DNA of 64,000 bases, taken from positions 1 through 64,000 of IMG/VR virus record IMGVR_UViG_3300023235_000015; one strand, given 5' to 3'. A program made the position numbers and the translations under genes. Positions 25,715 to 34,595 of the stretch are shown here, one piece after another. The first letter of the stretch is position 1. Each line of letters begins with the position of its first letter. The stretch is from a virus. The notes beneath the pieces are model-generated. The model searched no databases, was not told where the DNA came from, and was given only the letters and a program-made list of their open reading frames with translations.

Positions 25715-26019
25715 GCTCTGCGATTAAAGACCCAAGGGCGCTCTCCTTCAATAATTTCATCAGCATGAAAATCGTCGTGACAATATTTACACATTAAAAC
25801 GCATTTATTAACTTCGGACCAAAATCTTTTATGGCTACATTTAGCTAAGTAAGTAACTGTATTTAGTTTAGTTTCAGGGTTTATATGATGAAACTCTAAA
25901 CTTACGTGTGGAGTAATACACTCTGGAATGTAACATTTATTTCCAAGATGTTCTTTAGCATCATTTACTCGCTTATTATATCTACGTTTTTGTGATGCTT
26001 TTTTTGCTTCGCTTTGCAT
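25711..26019 (-). CDS. HNH endonuclease
   Basis: LGNKC...C...LEFHHINP...KCVLMCKYCH..FH. Confidence 0.88.
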   Translation of the reverse strand: MQSEAKKASQKRRYNKRVNDAKEHLGNKCYIPECITPHVSLEFHHINPETKLNTVTYLAKCSHKRFWSEVNKCVLMCKYCHDDFHADEIIEGERPWVFNRRA

Positions 26020-26200
26020 AGAACCTTTTGTATTTATATAAACTCATGTGATAGGCCGGGAGGGAAGGTTTGATATCTCAGCCGTTTCCCTTTATTCCCG
26101 CGCTCCTATCACCTGACCAGTATAGCACAGTCGGTCCTGACGCGCTAGAGGGGCAGCCGGGGTACGATGTGGCGCATAAAGTATGTAACGCCTAAGTCAA

Positions 26201-28840
26201 TTAAGCGCCGCATACTCCCCCGGCGCACGTTTCTAGGTCTGACTCAAATACCACGCCTTCCTTGCCAATTGCTTCTTCATAAGTAACAGAAGTTAAAGGT
26301 TGACCGCCACGCGCTCCATCAGGATAGCAAGTAACGCCTCTTAGTTTAGGCAGATAACGGTAAAGCATTTCTTTAAAGTCCTCTACTTCTTCTTCTTCTG
26401 TAATTGGGTAAGGCAGATTAATTGTTGAACTAATAGCATGATCAACATATTGCTGAACAAATGCTTGAAATTCAATTCTTTTTTCTACGTTATAAGCTAG
26501 TTCGTGGGCGCTTTCAATGCTAGATGGATGTACTCCATCTTCATCAATAAGACGTTTAGCTGTAGGGTCTACAATATATTCATGTACCCAATTCTTTCCG
26601 TCTTTAAGATAACGGCGCTTCATAGCTACGCAGTAAATTGGCTCAATTCCTGTAGTTGTTTCAGCAATAATTCCGATTGTCCCTGTGGGCGCAATAGCTC
26701 TAACTTTTACAGGCTTTGACAGGCCAAGTTTTTTAGAATATTTTTCTGATGCTGCATTTGAAGCTGACTCATAAATCTCTAGCCACTCTCTTAGCTCGTC
26801 ATTTGGAGCATATTTATATTGACGCTTTAGAAGCCACTCATGGATTCCCATTAGGCCAAGTCCTAAACGACGATTTTTAGTTCTTATATTTTTTACTTTT
26901 TCATAAGGCACATGTGAGTAAACGGTTCCTGATAATAGAAACAGAACTGCTTTATCTATAACCTCTGCAAACTCTTCTTTTGTGTCAATGTTTGCTAAGT
27001 TAATTGAACCTAGATTACAAATGTCTGAATCGTCAGCACTTGTAACTTCGCAACAGTTAGAAATAATTACACCTTCCGCCATAAAGGAATGTTCTTCTAC
27101 CTTTACATCAGCGCAATAAACATCTTCAATCCCGTCCTCTACAACTTCTAGAACTTTAATTGTTGATGCTCGATAAGGTTTGTAGCTATCTAGGTTAATA
27201 TTTAGTCTGTGGGTAGGAACCTCATCAGCAAATTTAGCTCTGAAATCTGCCGCGATAACTAGCTGCCAACATTTTGTCTTGCCAAATGTGGAAGTTCCGG
27301 CAGAACTTATATTAGACTGTATACCAATCTGTTCTAAAGCTTTTTGTACGCCATTAAGAAAACTTTTATGTTTTGATGCTAAACGAATAGCTTTATTGAT
27401 TGGTTCCCAATTGCCATCAGCATCAAATAGTCCACCAACAAATGACTTAATTTGTTCAGGTGAGGCCGCATAGATATCTTTGGGAAATTCAGCCTTTCCT
27501 CGACCTGAAAATTTCTCATTAACTGAGAAATATAGTCTAGTGTAACCACGACTATCATTTTCATTTACTGAATTGTATCCGTCTAGCCATTCCAAACAAT
27601 CTTTAGATTCATCTGTACATAAGGTTAGGTCGGCACCACCAGTATTAGTGAAGGAACCATCGCCATAGATGTATCCCATAGTATAATAGTCCTTGCACAA
27701 AGCGTTGCCGCTAGTTGTAGGATATGAAACGTGAAGGATATCTCCACTTTCTAGGTCTTTAGCGGGAATTTTTAAAATCCTTTCAAATTTGCGCCTTGAA
27801 CCGGCACCAGAATATTCTTCAACAAGAAACTCATGATTTGGTTCACAACGAATCTCACGACCGCCAGAAATTAACACGCAAACAACGCTAGCTTCTTTTT
27901 CAGTTAGTGAAAATACAACGTCATTAGCCCATTGTTTACCTGTCCACACAGTTGTAGGATTATCCACGATATCTGATACTGGTTGATATCCTTGCCGTGT
28001 TAAAACATTAGTTCCGGCTGTTACCGGAGCATTGCGTAAAGTCTCGCCAGCATTTTCTCCAACGTCAATTGAAAAACCCGGCTCTGCTGTTTTTAGCATC
28101 CTCTTAGTAGTCTGGTGGTAAACTTCTCTGGCATGATTATGTAGTTCGTGATCCTCGTTATCGTGAGCCTCAAAAAACTCATCGTCTAAAAGAACACTAA
28201 TATTTGTCATATCTAATCTTGCCGGAAAGTTAAAGTCTTTCTCTTTTTCTGCGCGTACTATATCGCTCCAATTCTTAGCATCAATAAACTGAAAGATATC
28301 ACCGTGTTTCCAGTTTAGACCAGCCCAAATAGCTGACCGTCTAGAGCCGCCTTGCATAATATGACGGCCACACTCATTAACCATTTCCATAATAGAAATA
28401 GGTCCAGAGGCAACACCGCCAGTTTTAGTAATAACTGAGCCAGATTGTCTAACATCTGAGTAGTCAATTCCAATTCCTGCTCCTGTCATTAGAGCCATTG
28501 AAGCGTTAGCTAGTAGCTCACTCCAACCCTCTCTAGAATCTTCACAGCGCATCAGGAGGCAGTTTTGTGTCTGGTGAAAGTCGCGCCCCGAAGCGTATAG
28601 ATAACGACCGCCTGCTAAAAATTGTTGTGCTGCTAAGTATTGTTCTAGTATATCAGCAGATTCAGTTTCTTCCATGCTGATAGCCTCTAGATTAGCTTGA
28701 ATTACTCGCTTGGCAGTATCAGGCCAATCTTCTACAATATTTCCATCTTTATCTTTAAATGCGTATTTTTGTTCGTAAATTCCTCTTGCGAAAGGGGAAA
28801 AGTCTTGGCCCTGTTTAGCGGGTCGTACTGCTGTCGGCAT
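26201..28840 (-). CDS. nrdJ: ribonucleotide reductase, class II (NrdJ-like), intein-containing
   Basis: GGRYL, NCLL, GSRRSA, LRNA|CCE (NxCxE), CNLGSINL, APTGT, ISSTINLP and C-terminal CAGGVC. No small-subunit gene in the window. Confidence 0.85.
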   Translation of the reverse strand: MPTAVRPAKQGQDFSPFARGIYEQKYAFKDKDGNIVEDWPDTAKRVIQANLEAISMEETESADILEQYLAAQQFLAGGRYLYASGRDFHQTQNCLLMRCEDSREGWSELLANASMALMTGAGIGIDYSDVRQSGSVITKTGGVASGPISIMEMVNECGRHIMQGGSRRSAIWAGLNWKHGDIFQFIDAKNWSDIVRAEKEKDFNFPARLDMTNISVLLDDEFFEAHDNEDHELHNHAREVYHQTTKRMLKTAEPGFSIDVGENAGETLRNAPVTAGTNVLTRQGYQPVSDIVDNPTTVWTGKQWANDVVFSLTEKEASVVCVLISGGREIRCEPNHEFLVEEYSGAGSRRKFERILKIPAKDLESGDILHVSYPTTSGNALCKDYYTMGYIYGDGSFTNTGGADLTLCTDESKDCLEWLDGYNSVNENDSRGYTRLYFSVNEKFSGRGKAEFPKDIYAASPEQIKSFVGGLFDADGNWEPINKAIRLASKHKSFLNGVQKALEQIGIQSNISSAGTSTFGKTKCWQLVIAADFRAKFADEVPTHRLNINLDSYKPYRASTIKVLEVVEDGIEDVYCADVKVEEHSFMAEGVIISNCCEVTSADDSDICNLGSINLANIDTKEEFAEVIDKAVLFLLSGTVYSHVPYEKVKNIRTKNRRLGLGLMGIHEWLLKRQYKYAPNDELREWLEIYESASNAASEKYSKKLGLSKPVKVRAIAPTGTIGIIAETTTGIEPIYCVAMKRRYLKDGKNWVHEYIVDPTAKRLIDEDGVHPSSIESAHELAYNVEKRIEFQAFVQQYVDHAISSTINLPYPITEEEEVEDFKEMLYRYLPKLRGVTCYPDGARGGQPLTSVTYEEAIGKEGVVFESDLETCAGGVCGA
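27056..28027 (-). mobile_element. intein (324 aa, LAGLIDADG) in RNR, Pro1/class-3-like
   Basis: Starts PVTAGTNVLTRQG and ends GVIISN|C. Block F VYCADV. MGYIYGDG and GGLFDADG motifs. Confidence 0.88.
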
Positions 28841-28939
28841 AAAATCTCCTACTAGTTTGTCTAAGTTTTTTAGGTGGTCTTTGAATAATACCGCTTTAGA
28901 CCAAAGCGTACAATAGACCTATTGGACTGATTTTGTAAT

Positions 28940-29953
28940 TTAGCTAAGAAATTTTTCCCATTGAATTGCGCCCTGTCTAATATCTCGGTTTTCTTGAACA
29001 AAAACTTTCGCATTTTGCGCTATTTCATTTCTTAAGCTAGCGTCCGTAACAAGTGTACCTAGTTTATCTTCAAACTCTGCTGCTGTTGCTGCTACCATTC
29101 CTGTTACCCCATCTACTACTTCTGGATAGGTAATAGGATTTACTATCATAGGTATTCCTGCTGCTGACCCTTCAACCCACCTAAGATCAGATTTGCTCCT
29201 AAAATATTTTGAATCGTGGGATGGCGCTAAACCAATATCCATAGCTTTTAGTGCGTATGGGTAATTTTCAATGTTAGTCCAAGGCATAGACAAAGTTCTA
29301 CTAGGAAACCCTTTATCTACTTCAATAGCATAATCTGTACCTATACTTACAAAGTTAGTATTACTATAGTCTCTCATTATATTTAAAAGTTGTGGATACC
29401 AACTCTTGAAAGATTGTAGATGGCCTGTGCCTCCTGACCATCCAATTATTAATTTATCGTTTTCTTTTTCATGAGGCAAAACATCGTATAATTTAGTATT
29501 AATAGAGTTTAAACAAACATGTACATTGTCATTATACTTTTTGTATTGTTCAGCTAAAAATTCTGTTGAACAAATAATTCCATCGCATTCTTTCATTACA
29601 GATGTGTATTTTTTTACTTCGTTTTTAGAAAAATTACTTTTAAACCTGTGGTCTTTAATTCTGTTTACTCCTTGTAAAAAATCGTCACACTCATAGTAAA
29701 CAGTTTTGCCTAATTTTTTCCAACGCTTTACAGCTTTAACCCAAGCATCACCCTTACCTAGCTGTACTATAATAACTTCGTAATTATCTACATCTGGCAT
29801 ACCAGCGTGATTGCCAGAAATCATTACGCCGCCATCATCGGGCGGTCCTACTAGCAACCCTATCCAATCCTGTCCTAACTGAGTCGCAGGAATAGCACAC
29901 CTATACCAAGCTATTGATGAGCCGCCAAGCCCAATCCATAATGTCTTTTTCAT
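28940..29953 (-). CDS. glycosyltransferase (GT-B, GT4-like)
   Basis: YECDD, IGWSGG..H, DIGLAP...KSDLRWVEGSAAGIP. Confidence 0.85.
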   Translation of the reverse strand: MKKTLWIGLGGSSIAWYRCAIPATQLGQDWIGLLVGPPDDGGVMISGNHAGMPDVDNYEVIIVQLGKGDAWVKAVKRWKKLGKTVYYECDDFLQGVNRIKDHRFKSNFSKNEVKKYTSVMKECDGIICSTEFLAEQYKKYNDNVHVCLNSINTKLYDVLPHEKENDKLIIGWSGGTGHLQSFKSWYPQLLNIMRDYSNTNFVSIGTDYAIEVDKGFPSRTLSMPWTNIENYPYALKAMDIGLAPSHDSKYFRSKSDLRWVEGSAAGIPMIVNPITYPEVVDGVTGMVAATAAEFEDKLGTLVTDASLRNEIAQNAKVFVQENRDIRQGAIQWEKFLS

Positions 29954-30729
29954 TACTGTCCTTTCTCTAACATAGAAGGCACAAAACCAGCAAAATTAGT
30001 GTGTTCATATTTTTTCATAATATACGTAAGTGACTCCATTTGTCTATGGTTATTAATGCCTTTACGGATTAATGATTCATGATGTAATGCTATTACTTTA
30101 GGATCGTACCTACACTCGCCGCCATTAAATAATACTCTAAGGTTATAATCTACATCTTCGTATCCTAAGTAAAACTTTTCATCATAAATACCTACTTCTT
30201 CTAGCGTTTCATATTTTATATATTGTAGTGCGCCTGTTACCGGACACTTAGCAGGTACTAATGCTTCTGGCGTACTTGGAAGGCAATATAAAAACCTGTG
30301 ATTAAACGATCTACTCAAATGGCTAAAGTAGATGCCGCCATGTTGTATAAGCTTATTAGGATATAGCAACAATGCGCCAGTTACATCTGAATCATTAGAT
30401 GCTAGTTGTTCAAGCCAACCCTGTTCAAAAAATTCTAAGTCTATATTTAACAATACAGCATCGCGTTTTTCTTCTAAACACTTACGTAACCCAACGTTTA
30501 CTGTAGAAGCAAAGCCTGAATTTTCTGGTTTGATAACCCAACTAGTATTAACAAAGTCAGTTGTATAATCGCAAGCTTCATTTAGTAAGTTTTTGTCAGG
30601 CGAATAATCATCTACTAAAAAGATTTCAGCGTCGGTGGTTCTGCGAATAGAATCTACACAATCTTTAAATACATCTAGTACCTCTTGTTTAGCAAAAAAT
30701 GATGGCATAATCAATAAAGGATTATTCAT
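29953..30729 (-). CDS. glycosyltransferase family 2
   Basis: LVDDYSPD, NSGFASTVNVG, LLNID, YEDVDY and HHES motifs. Confidence 0.88.
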   Translation of the reverse strand: MNNPLLIMPSFFAKQEVLDVFKDCVDSIRRTTDAEIFLVDDYSPDKNLLNEACDYTTDFVNTSWVIKPENSGFASTVNVGLRKCLEEKRDAVLLNIDLEFFEQGWLEQLASNDSDVTGALLLYPNKLIQHGGIYFSHLSRSFNHRFLYCLPSTPEALVPAKCPVTGALQYIKYETLEEVGIYDEKFYLGYEDVDYNLRVLFNGGECRYDPKVIALHHESLIRKGINNHRQMESLTYIMKKYEHTNFAGFVPSMLEKGQ

Positions 30730-31618
30730 TTGATTTCCACATTTCTAGCGTATTTTTATGTTCTCCTGTTTCTGGATCAACCCACTCAAAGCGTTTTCCG
30801 TCATTATCGGAAACGTAGATACCATGATTATGAACCCAAGGGTGTCTCTCATCTAGCATTGGAACTTCTACTGTGTTTGTATCTAGCTTCCATTGATGGT
30901 TAACGGGGTGATCTAAATGGTATCCTCGCGCTCTACCTACAGTTGTCATAGGAACTCCTGCGGCGCAGAATCTCAATCCAATTTCTCCATCTTCAACTCT
31001 ACCTGCTGATAGCTCATCCCAAAATCCACCAAGATCACGAAACGCTTTAGCAGGGTAAACAATATTTCCACCAAAGTTTGCCATAGCATAACTAATGTTA
31101 CCTTCGGCAGTTGTTCTATGCCCATTTGAGTTAAACATATCCCATCTAGGATCATTTTTAATTTCTGGCGATAGTTCTCTTTTTCCTTTTGGTAGCCACT
31201 CATAAGGACCAATCATAATTCTTGGCTCACCATAATCATATTGCGTTGCGTAAGCATACATTTGATTAGCTTCAGGGTCCATAATTATGTCTGAATCTAC
31301 AAACCAATAATGAGAAAAGCTGTCAATAGGTAAATTATCATCAGCCCAAATAGCACCAGCGTTTTTAGGCTGAATTGTTCCTGAGCCGCCAACATGCTTA
31401 GCGTTATAAGTAGCGATAGAAACAACCCCATCTAATAGTAGTTTGCCGCGTATTTCGCCACATACTTCATTTACTTTATGTGGCATAAATCCGTCGCATA
31501 CTATAACTATATATATAACCTTTAGAGTTTGATTATACAGTGATTCAAGTACTAGATTTAAATTCTCTAACCTATTTTCTCCACAAGGTATTATAACTAC
31601 TGGACTATATGTATTCAT
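30722..31618 (-). CDS. glycosyltransferase family 2
   Basis: VCDG, KNAGA, FVDSD, GGFWDE...EDGEIG and HLDH motifs. Confidence 0.85.
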   Translation of the reverse strand: MNTYSPVVIIPCGENRLENLNLVLESLYNQTLKVIYIVIVCDGFMPHKVNEVCGEIRGKLLLDGVVSIATYNAKHVGGSGTIQPKNAGAIWADDNLPIDSFSHYWFVDSDIIMDPEANQMYAYATQYDYGEPRIMIGPYEWLPKGKRELSPEIKNDPRWDMFNSNGHRTTAEGNISYAMANFGGNIVYPAKAFRDLGGFWDELSAGRVEDGEIGLRFCAAGVPMTTVGRARGYHLDHPVNHQWKLDTNTVEVPMLDERHPWVHNHGIYVSDNDGKRFEWVDPETGEHKNTLEMWKSNE

Positions 31619-31917
31619 ACAAGATTCTTTCTAATGTTGTCTAGAAAAGTGAGCTTTTCTGCTTCGCTAACATTATAGTAAGTATCTTCATACTGATCAA
31701 TAAAAGGTCTAGCTTCTGCTACACTTGTTATTTGTACAAGGTCAGCTAAAGATTTAACATATTCCCAAGGGTCAAAGCATGAGCAACCACTATCGTCACC
31801 TAAATATAACTTGCCTGTATTATTATCGCGCCAAACGGCAGTAATTGACCACTCATAATCTTCCCAACCAATTTGAGCAATCTGTTCTAAGTTATCTTGT
31901 TCGTATATCCAGTCCAT
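31615..31917 (-). CDS. conserved phage hypothetical protein
   Basis: YEW...VW...DSGCSCFDPW motif. Confidence 0.6.
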   Translation of the reverse strand: MDWIYEQDNLEQIAQIGWEDYEWSITAVWRDNNTGKLYLGDDSGCSCFDPWEYVKSLADLVQITSVAEARPFIDQYEDTYYNVSEAEKLTFLDNIRKNLV

Positions 31918-32612
31918 TAGTTTTCTCCGTTTATTCTATAAGGTCTTTTATGTATTTTAGCAGTTTCTATTTTTCCATCAGCGCCTTCTAATGCTACGGT
32001 GCTTCTGCCTAAGCCCATACCATAGTTCTCCGCTAGCTCTTGTAGGGGTAAACCATTGTACCATTTTGCTGACACTTCTATTTTCTTCATAAGTTCCCAA
32101 TCTTCACTAAAAGATTCTGAGTATGAGGCGATTCCAAATTCTTCGTAAACTTCACGCCTGACAGCAAATCCTGAACCTAGAATATGAGTGTGTGAAGTAT
32201 GATCATCATAGTCACAAATAAGTGTTTTATTCATATCTACAGGTTCGTGATGATAGTGACACAAGCCTAGTAAACCTAGTCGTGGGTTTTCTTCAAACAA
32301 ATGTACAACTGACTCTAACCAATTGTGTGCGAAGTTTAGATCGCTGTCAATCTTTATTAAAATATCTCCTGTAGCGATCTTGAAGCACTTGTTAATTGAT
32401 CTCCCAACTCCTTCATTATATCCACAAGGGTTAATAATTCTAGTAGCGCCATCGAGAGCAAGTTTGTCTACATTATGAAATAGCTCTAAGTCGCTACCAT
32501 CATCATTAATTATTAATTCATAAGGTGTTTTTGTATTATCTTTTAAAGATAATAAAGTATCTTGTAACCATTGGTGTCTATTATATGATAGTACACAAAC
32601 GCTAGGAATCAT
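31917..32612 (-). CDS. glycosyltransferase family 2
   Basis: SYNR, INDDGSD, KIDSD and SEDW motifs. Confidence 0.88.
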   Translation of the reverse strand: MIPSVCVLSYNRHQWLQDTLLSLKDNTKTPYELIINDDGSDLELFHNVDKLALDGATRIINPCGYNEGVGRSINKCFKIATGDILIKIDSDLNFAHNWLESVVHLFEENPRLGLLGLCHYHHEPVDMNKTLICDYDDHTSHTHILGSGFAVRREVYEEFGIASYSESFSEDWELMKKIEVSAKWYNGLPLQELAENYGMGLGRSTVALEGADGKIETAKIHKRPYRINGEN

Positions 32613-32877
32613 TTTTTATCTTTCTCATTAAGCTTTCTAGCTTATAACGTAACGTAGGCTTTTTGTATTTATTTTTTATAAAATAAATTATTTCTACTAA
32701 AGCAAATACTGGCATAGTTGTAAACCACAATATTGAAATTAATAATATTTCTAAGGTATTGCAAGTATCACTTGTTTGATACTGTCTAGTAGGCTCCCAC
32801 CAAAATTTAGTAGTAAAAATAAAAGTTGCTATAAATCCTATTATATAAATTGTTATTATCAATGCTTCTATCAACAT
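32602..32877 (-). CDS. membrane protein
   Basis: Two hydrophobic segments. Confidence 0.6.
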   Translation of the reverse strand: MLIEALIITIYIIGFIATFIFTTKFWWEPTRQYQTSDTCNTLEILLISILWFTTMPVFALVEIIYFIKNKYKKPTLRYKLESLMRKIKNDS

Positions 32878-32884
32878 TATTTCC

Positions 32885-33619
32885 TTACTTAGTTAATGTA
32901 ACTCTTATCTCTCTTGGCTTTTCAAATATTAAATCTGTATCTAAATAGGGCAAAGGGCTTGAGCCATCAACCGAAAATATAACAACATCATTTACTAGTT
33001 TTCCTGTAATCATAGGAGCAGGAGTATATTCAATAGCAGTTTGTGTAAATCTTGCTTTAGTATAAGGAGTAGCAAATACTTCGTGCCAATGTTCAGCGCC
33101 GTCAGTTCCAGTAAAATCAATAAAAGTTTCTTTCCCAATCCACATTTTATGATCTGATGATTCCCAAGAACTTCTTGAAGGAAAAATAGGAACAATGATT
33201 CTAAGTATTCCGCTTTTAACAAGAACCCTATAACAATCGTCAATTAAGTTAATGAACCCATCTGAAGTTAGATGTTCAAAGAAATGGTGACTAATTATTG
33301 ACTCGATTGAGTTATCTGGAAAAGGAAGTACTCCCCACTTTCCAAAAGTTTTATCGTATTGTGTAGTTTGATCTGCTAAAGGTTGTCCTTCGCGCCAACT
33401 AAAAATTTGTCCTGTGTTCAAGTCCATTTGAATATCACCCTGATTACGGTCAATACCTATACGAGCTTTTGGAATTTTGCCGCACCCAAGATCAATATGA
33501 AAGTCAGTAAAATCATCAGGGTGAGATTGCGTTGTACCTAAATCCCAACCTTTATCATGTTTACACGCTTCAAGATTTTCGTATCTCCACCATTCATTCA
33601 TCCTCTTACCAAAACCCAA
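32885..33619 (-). CDS. class I SAM-dependent methyltransferase
   Basis: IDLGCG, LPFPDNS, HFFEHL and YRVL...G.L.I.VP motifs. Confidence 0.85.
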   Translation of the reverse strand: MGFGKRMNEWWRYENLEACKHDKGWDLGTTQSHPDDFTDFHIDLGCGKIPKARIGIDRNQGDIQMDLNTGQIFSWREGQPLADQTTQYDKTFGKWGVLPFPDNSIESIISHHFFEHLTSDGFINLIDDCYRVLVKSGILRIIVPIFPSRSSWESSDHKMWIGKETFIDFTGTDGAEHWHEVFATPYTKARFTQTAIEYTPAPMITGKLVNDVVIFSVDGSSPLPYLDTDLIFEKPREIRVTLTK

Positions 33620-33789
33620 TCCCCAACAACTTTATAATTGTCGGGATTATTTAATCTTTTTAGTTCTTCACAACATCTATCATAAGTCAAAAATTTTCCA
33701 CCACGTTCTGCGGTTTCAATATGTTCTAGAAAGTAGTGAAAAGATTTATTTCCAGCACCTAGTCTAGTTCCGTTTTTTAATATAACCAT
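33598..33789 (-). CDS. hypothetical protein
   Basis: Short ORF with SD AGGA at the head of the leftward operon. Confidence 0.5.
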   Translation of the reverse strand: MVILKNGTRLGAGNKSFHYFLEHIETAERGGKFLTYDRCCEELKRLNNPDNYKVVGDWVLVRG

Positions 33790-33832
33790 TTTTTCCTGTT
33801 TTTGTTTGTCACCGCTTAGTACGGGAGCAGGT

Positions 33833-33841
33833 ATCTTATCA
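33833..33841 (-). promoter_or_regulatory. extended -10 promoter for the glycosyltransferase operon
   Basis: TGATAAGAT with GC-rich upstream spacer. Confidence 0.5.
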
Positions 33842-33924
33842 CAGGTCGGGCCTGTCGCCTAATCTGGCGAGGCGTGAAGGGCGGGCGAAGCGCGAAAGGA
33901 AATCGCCACATTAAAAGGATAAAG

Positions 33925-34227
33925 AAAAAGCTCAATTAAATCTATTAGTAGATTCCAAAAGGACACGCATTTTGGACGTACCTCTCCCGTCAAGGAGAGA
34001 TAAGAATAGGTTCCATGAAGGTATCCGCTTCTGTTACGATAAGGTTTCAATGCGCCCGGTCCTCCTGCTGATCCCGCGCATATGTCTTTCGACAATCTGC
34101 CTTACCCCCCATACAGGTTTATTAAACTAGGCCGAGTAGCGTAGTTCCGGTAAGTGCCTCTACAAGTTAGCTCTTTCCCAAGGCTCTGTAAGTATGTAGG
34201 AAAAGGACAAGACGATCCTCAACCGAT
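33925..34227 (-). ncRNA. candidate ~300-nt structured RNA
   Basis: Follows a consensus promoter and contains a series of hairpins (UGUC-GAAA-GACA, AUGCGC/GCGCAU, AUCUCUCC/GGGAGAGGU, UCCAAAA/UUUUGGA, AAUCUA/UAGAUU). No credible ORF. Confidence 0.45.
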
Positions 34228-34233
34228 AAAACC

Positions 34234-34262
34234 ATTCTAGAGATTAGCTGCCGCAATGTCAA
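34234..34262 (-). promoter_or_regulatory. sigma70-type promoter
   Basis: TTGACA-N17-TAGAAT. Confidence 0.7.
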
Positions 34263-34284
34263 ATTTTTTGTTTGCGCCGCCCTC

Positions 34285-34314
34285 TCGACACGCCCCGGTC
34301 AGGTGTGGTACAAT
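34285..34314 (+). promoter_or_regulatory. sigma70-type promoter of the replication operon
   Basis: TCGACA-N18-TACAAT with TG extension. Confidence 0.65.
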
Positions 34315-34328
34315 GCCGGGAGGCAACA

Positions 34329-34595
34329 ATGAAGGAGACACAGATGCCAGATTCAAATTACTACCCTCTAGATGAGAACGAGCAGCCAAAGGCGCTTATT
34401 CAGGTGTCAGAGGAAGATAAGATTGGTCTTGATAATTACGGCAACGTAACTATCCGCGCTTCAATCAGTCGCTTTGTCAAGGACGAAAATATCGCCGCTC
34501 AGATTATTTCAGCGCACGATGAGATTGTAGATGTACTAGATCAGACGTATATTGATAAGCGCCGTGACGCAATGCGAGAAGAACTAAAGGGATGA
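34329..34595 (+). CDS. hypothetical protein
   Basis: SD GGAGG before ATG 34329 (alternative start 34344), coupled to dut. Confidence 0.6.
   Translation: MKETQMPDSNYYPLDENEQPKALIQVSEEDKIGLDNYGNVTIRASISRFVKDENIAAQIISAHDEIVDVLDQTYIDKRRDAMREELKG

Noticed and set aside
21400-26200. Suppressor tRNA or alternative genetic code
   Set aside because: No CUA, UCA or UUA anticodon was found. TAG, TGA and TAA all end genes at natural boundaries, and long ORFs are intact in the standard code.
33859-34095. 78-aa ORF in the divergent intergenic region
   Set aside because: TTG start buried in a hairpin and atypical composition. RNA structure explains the region better.
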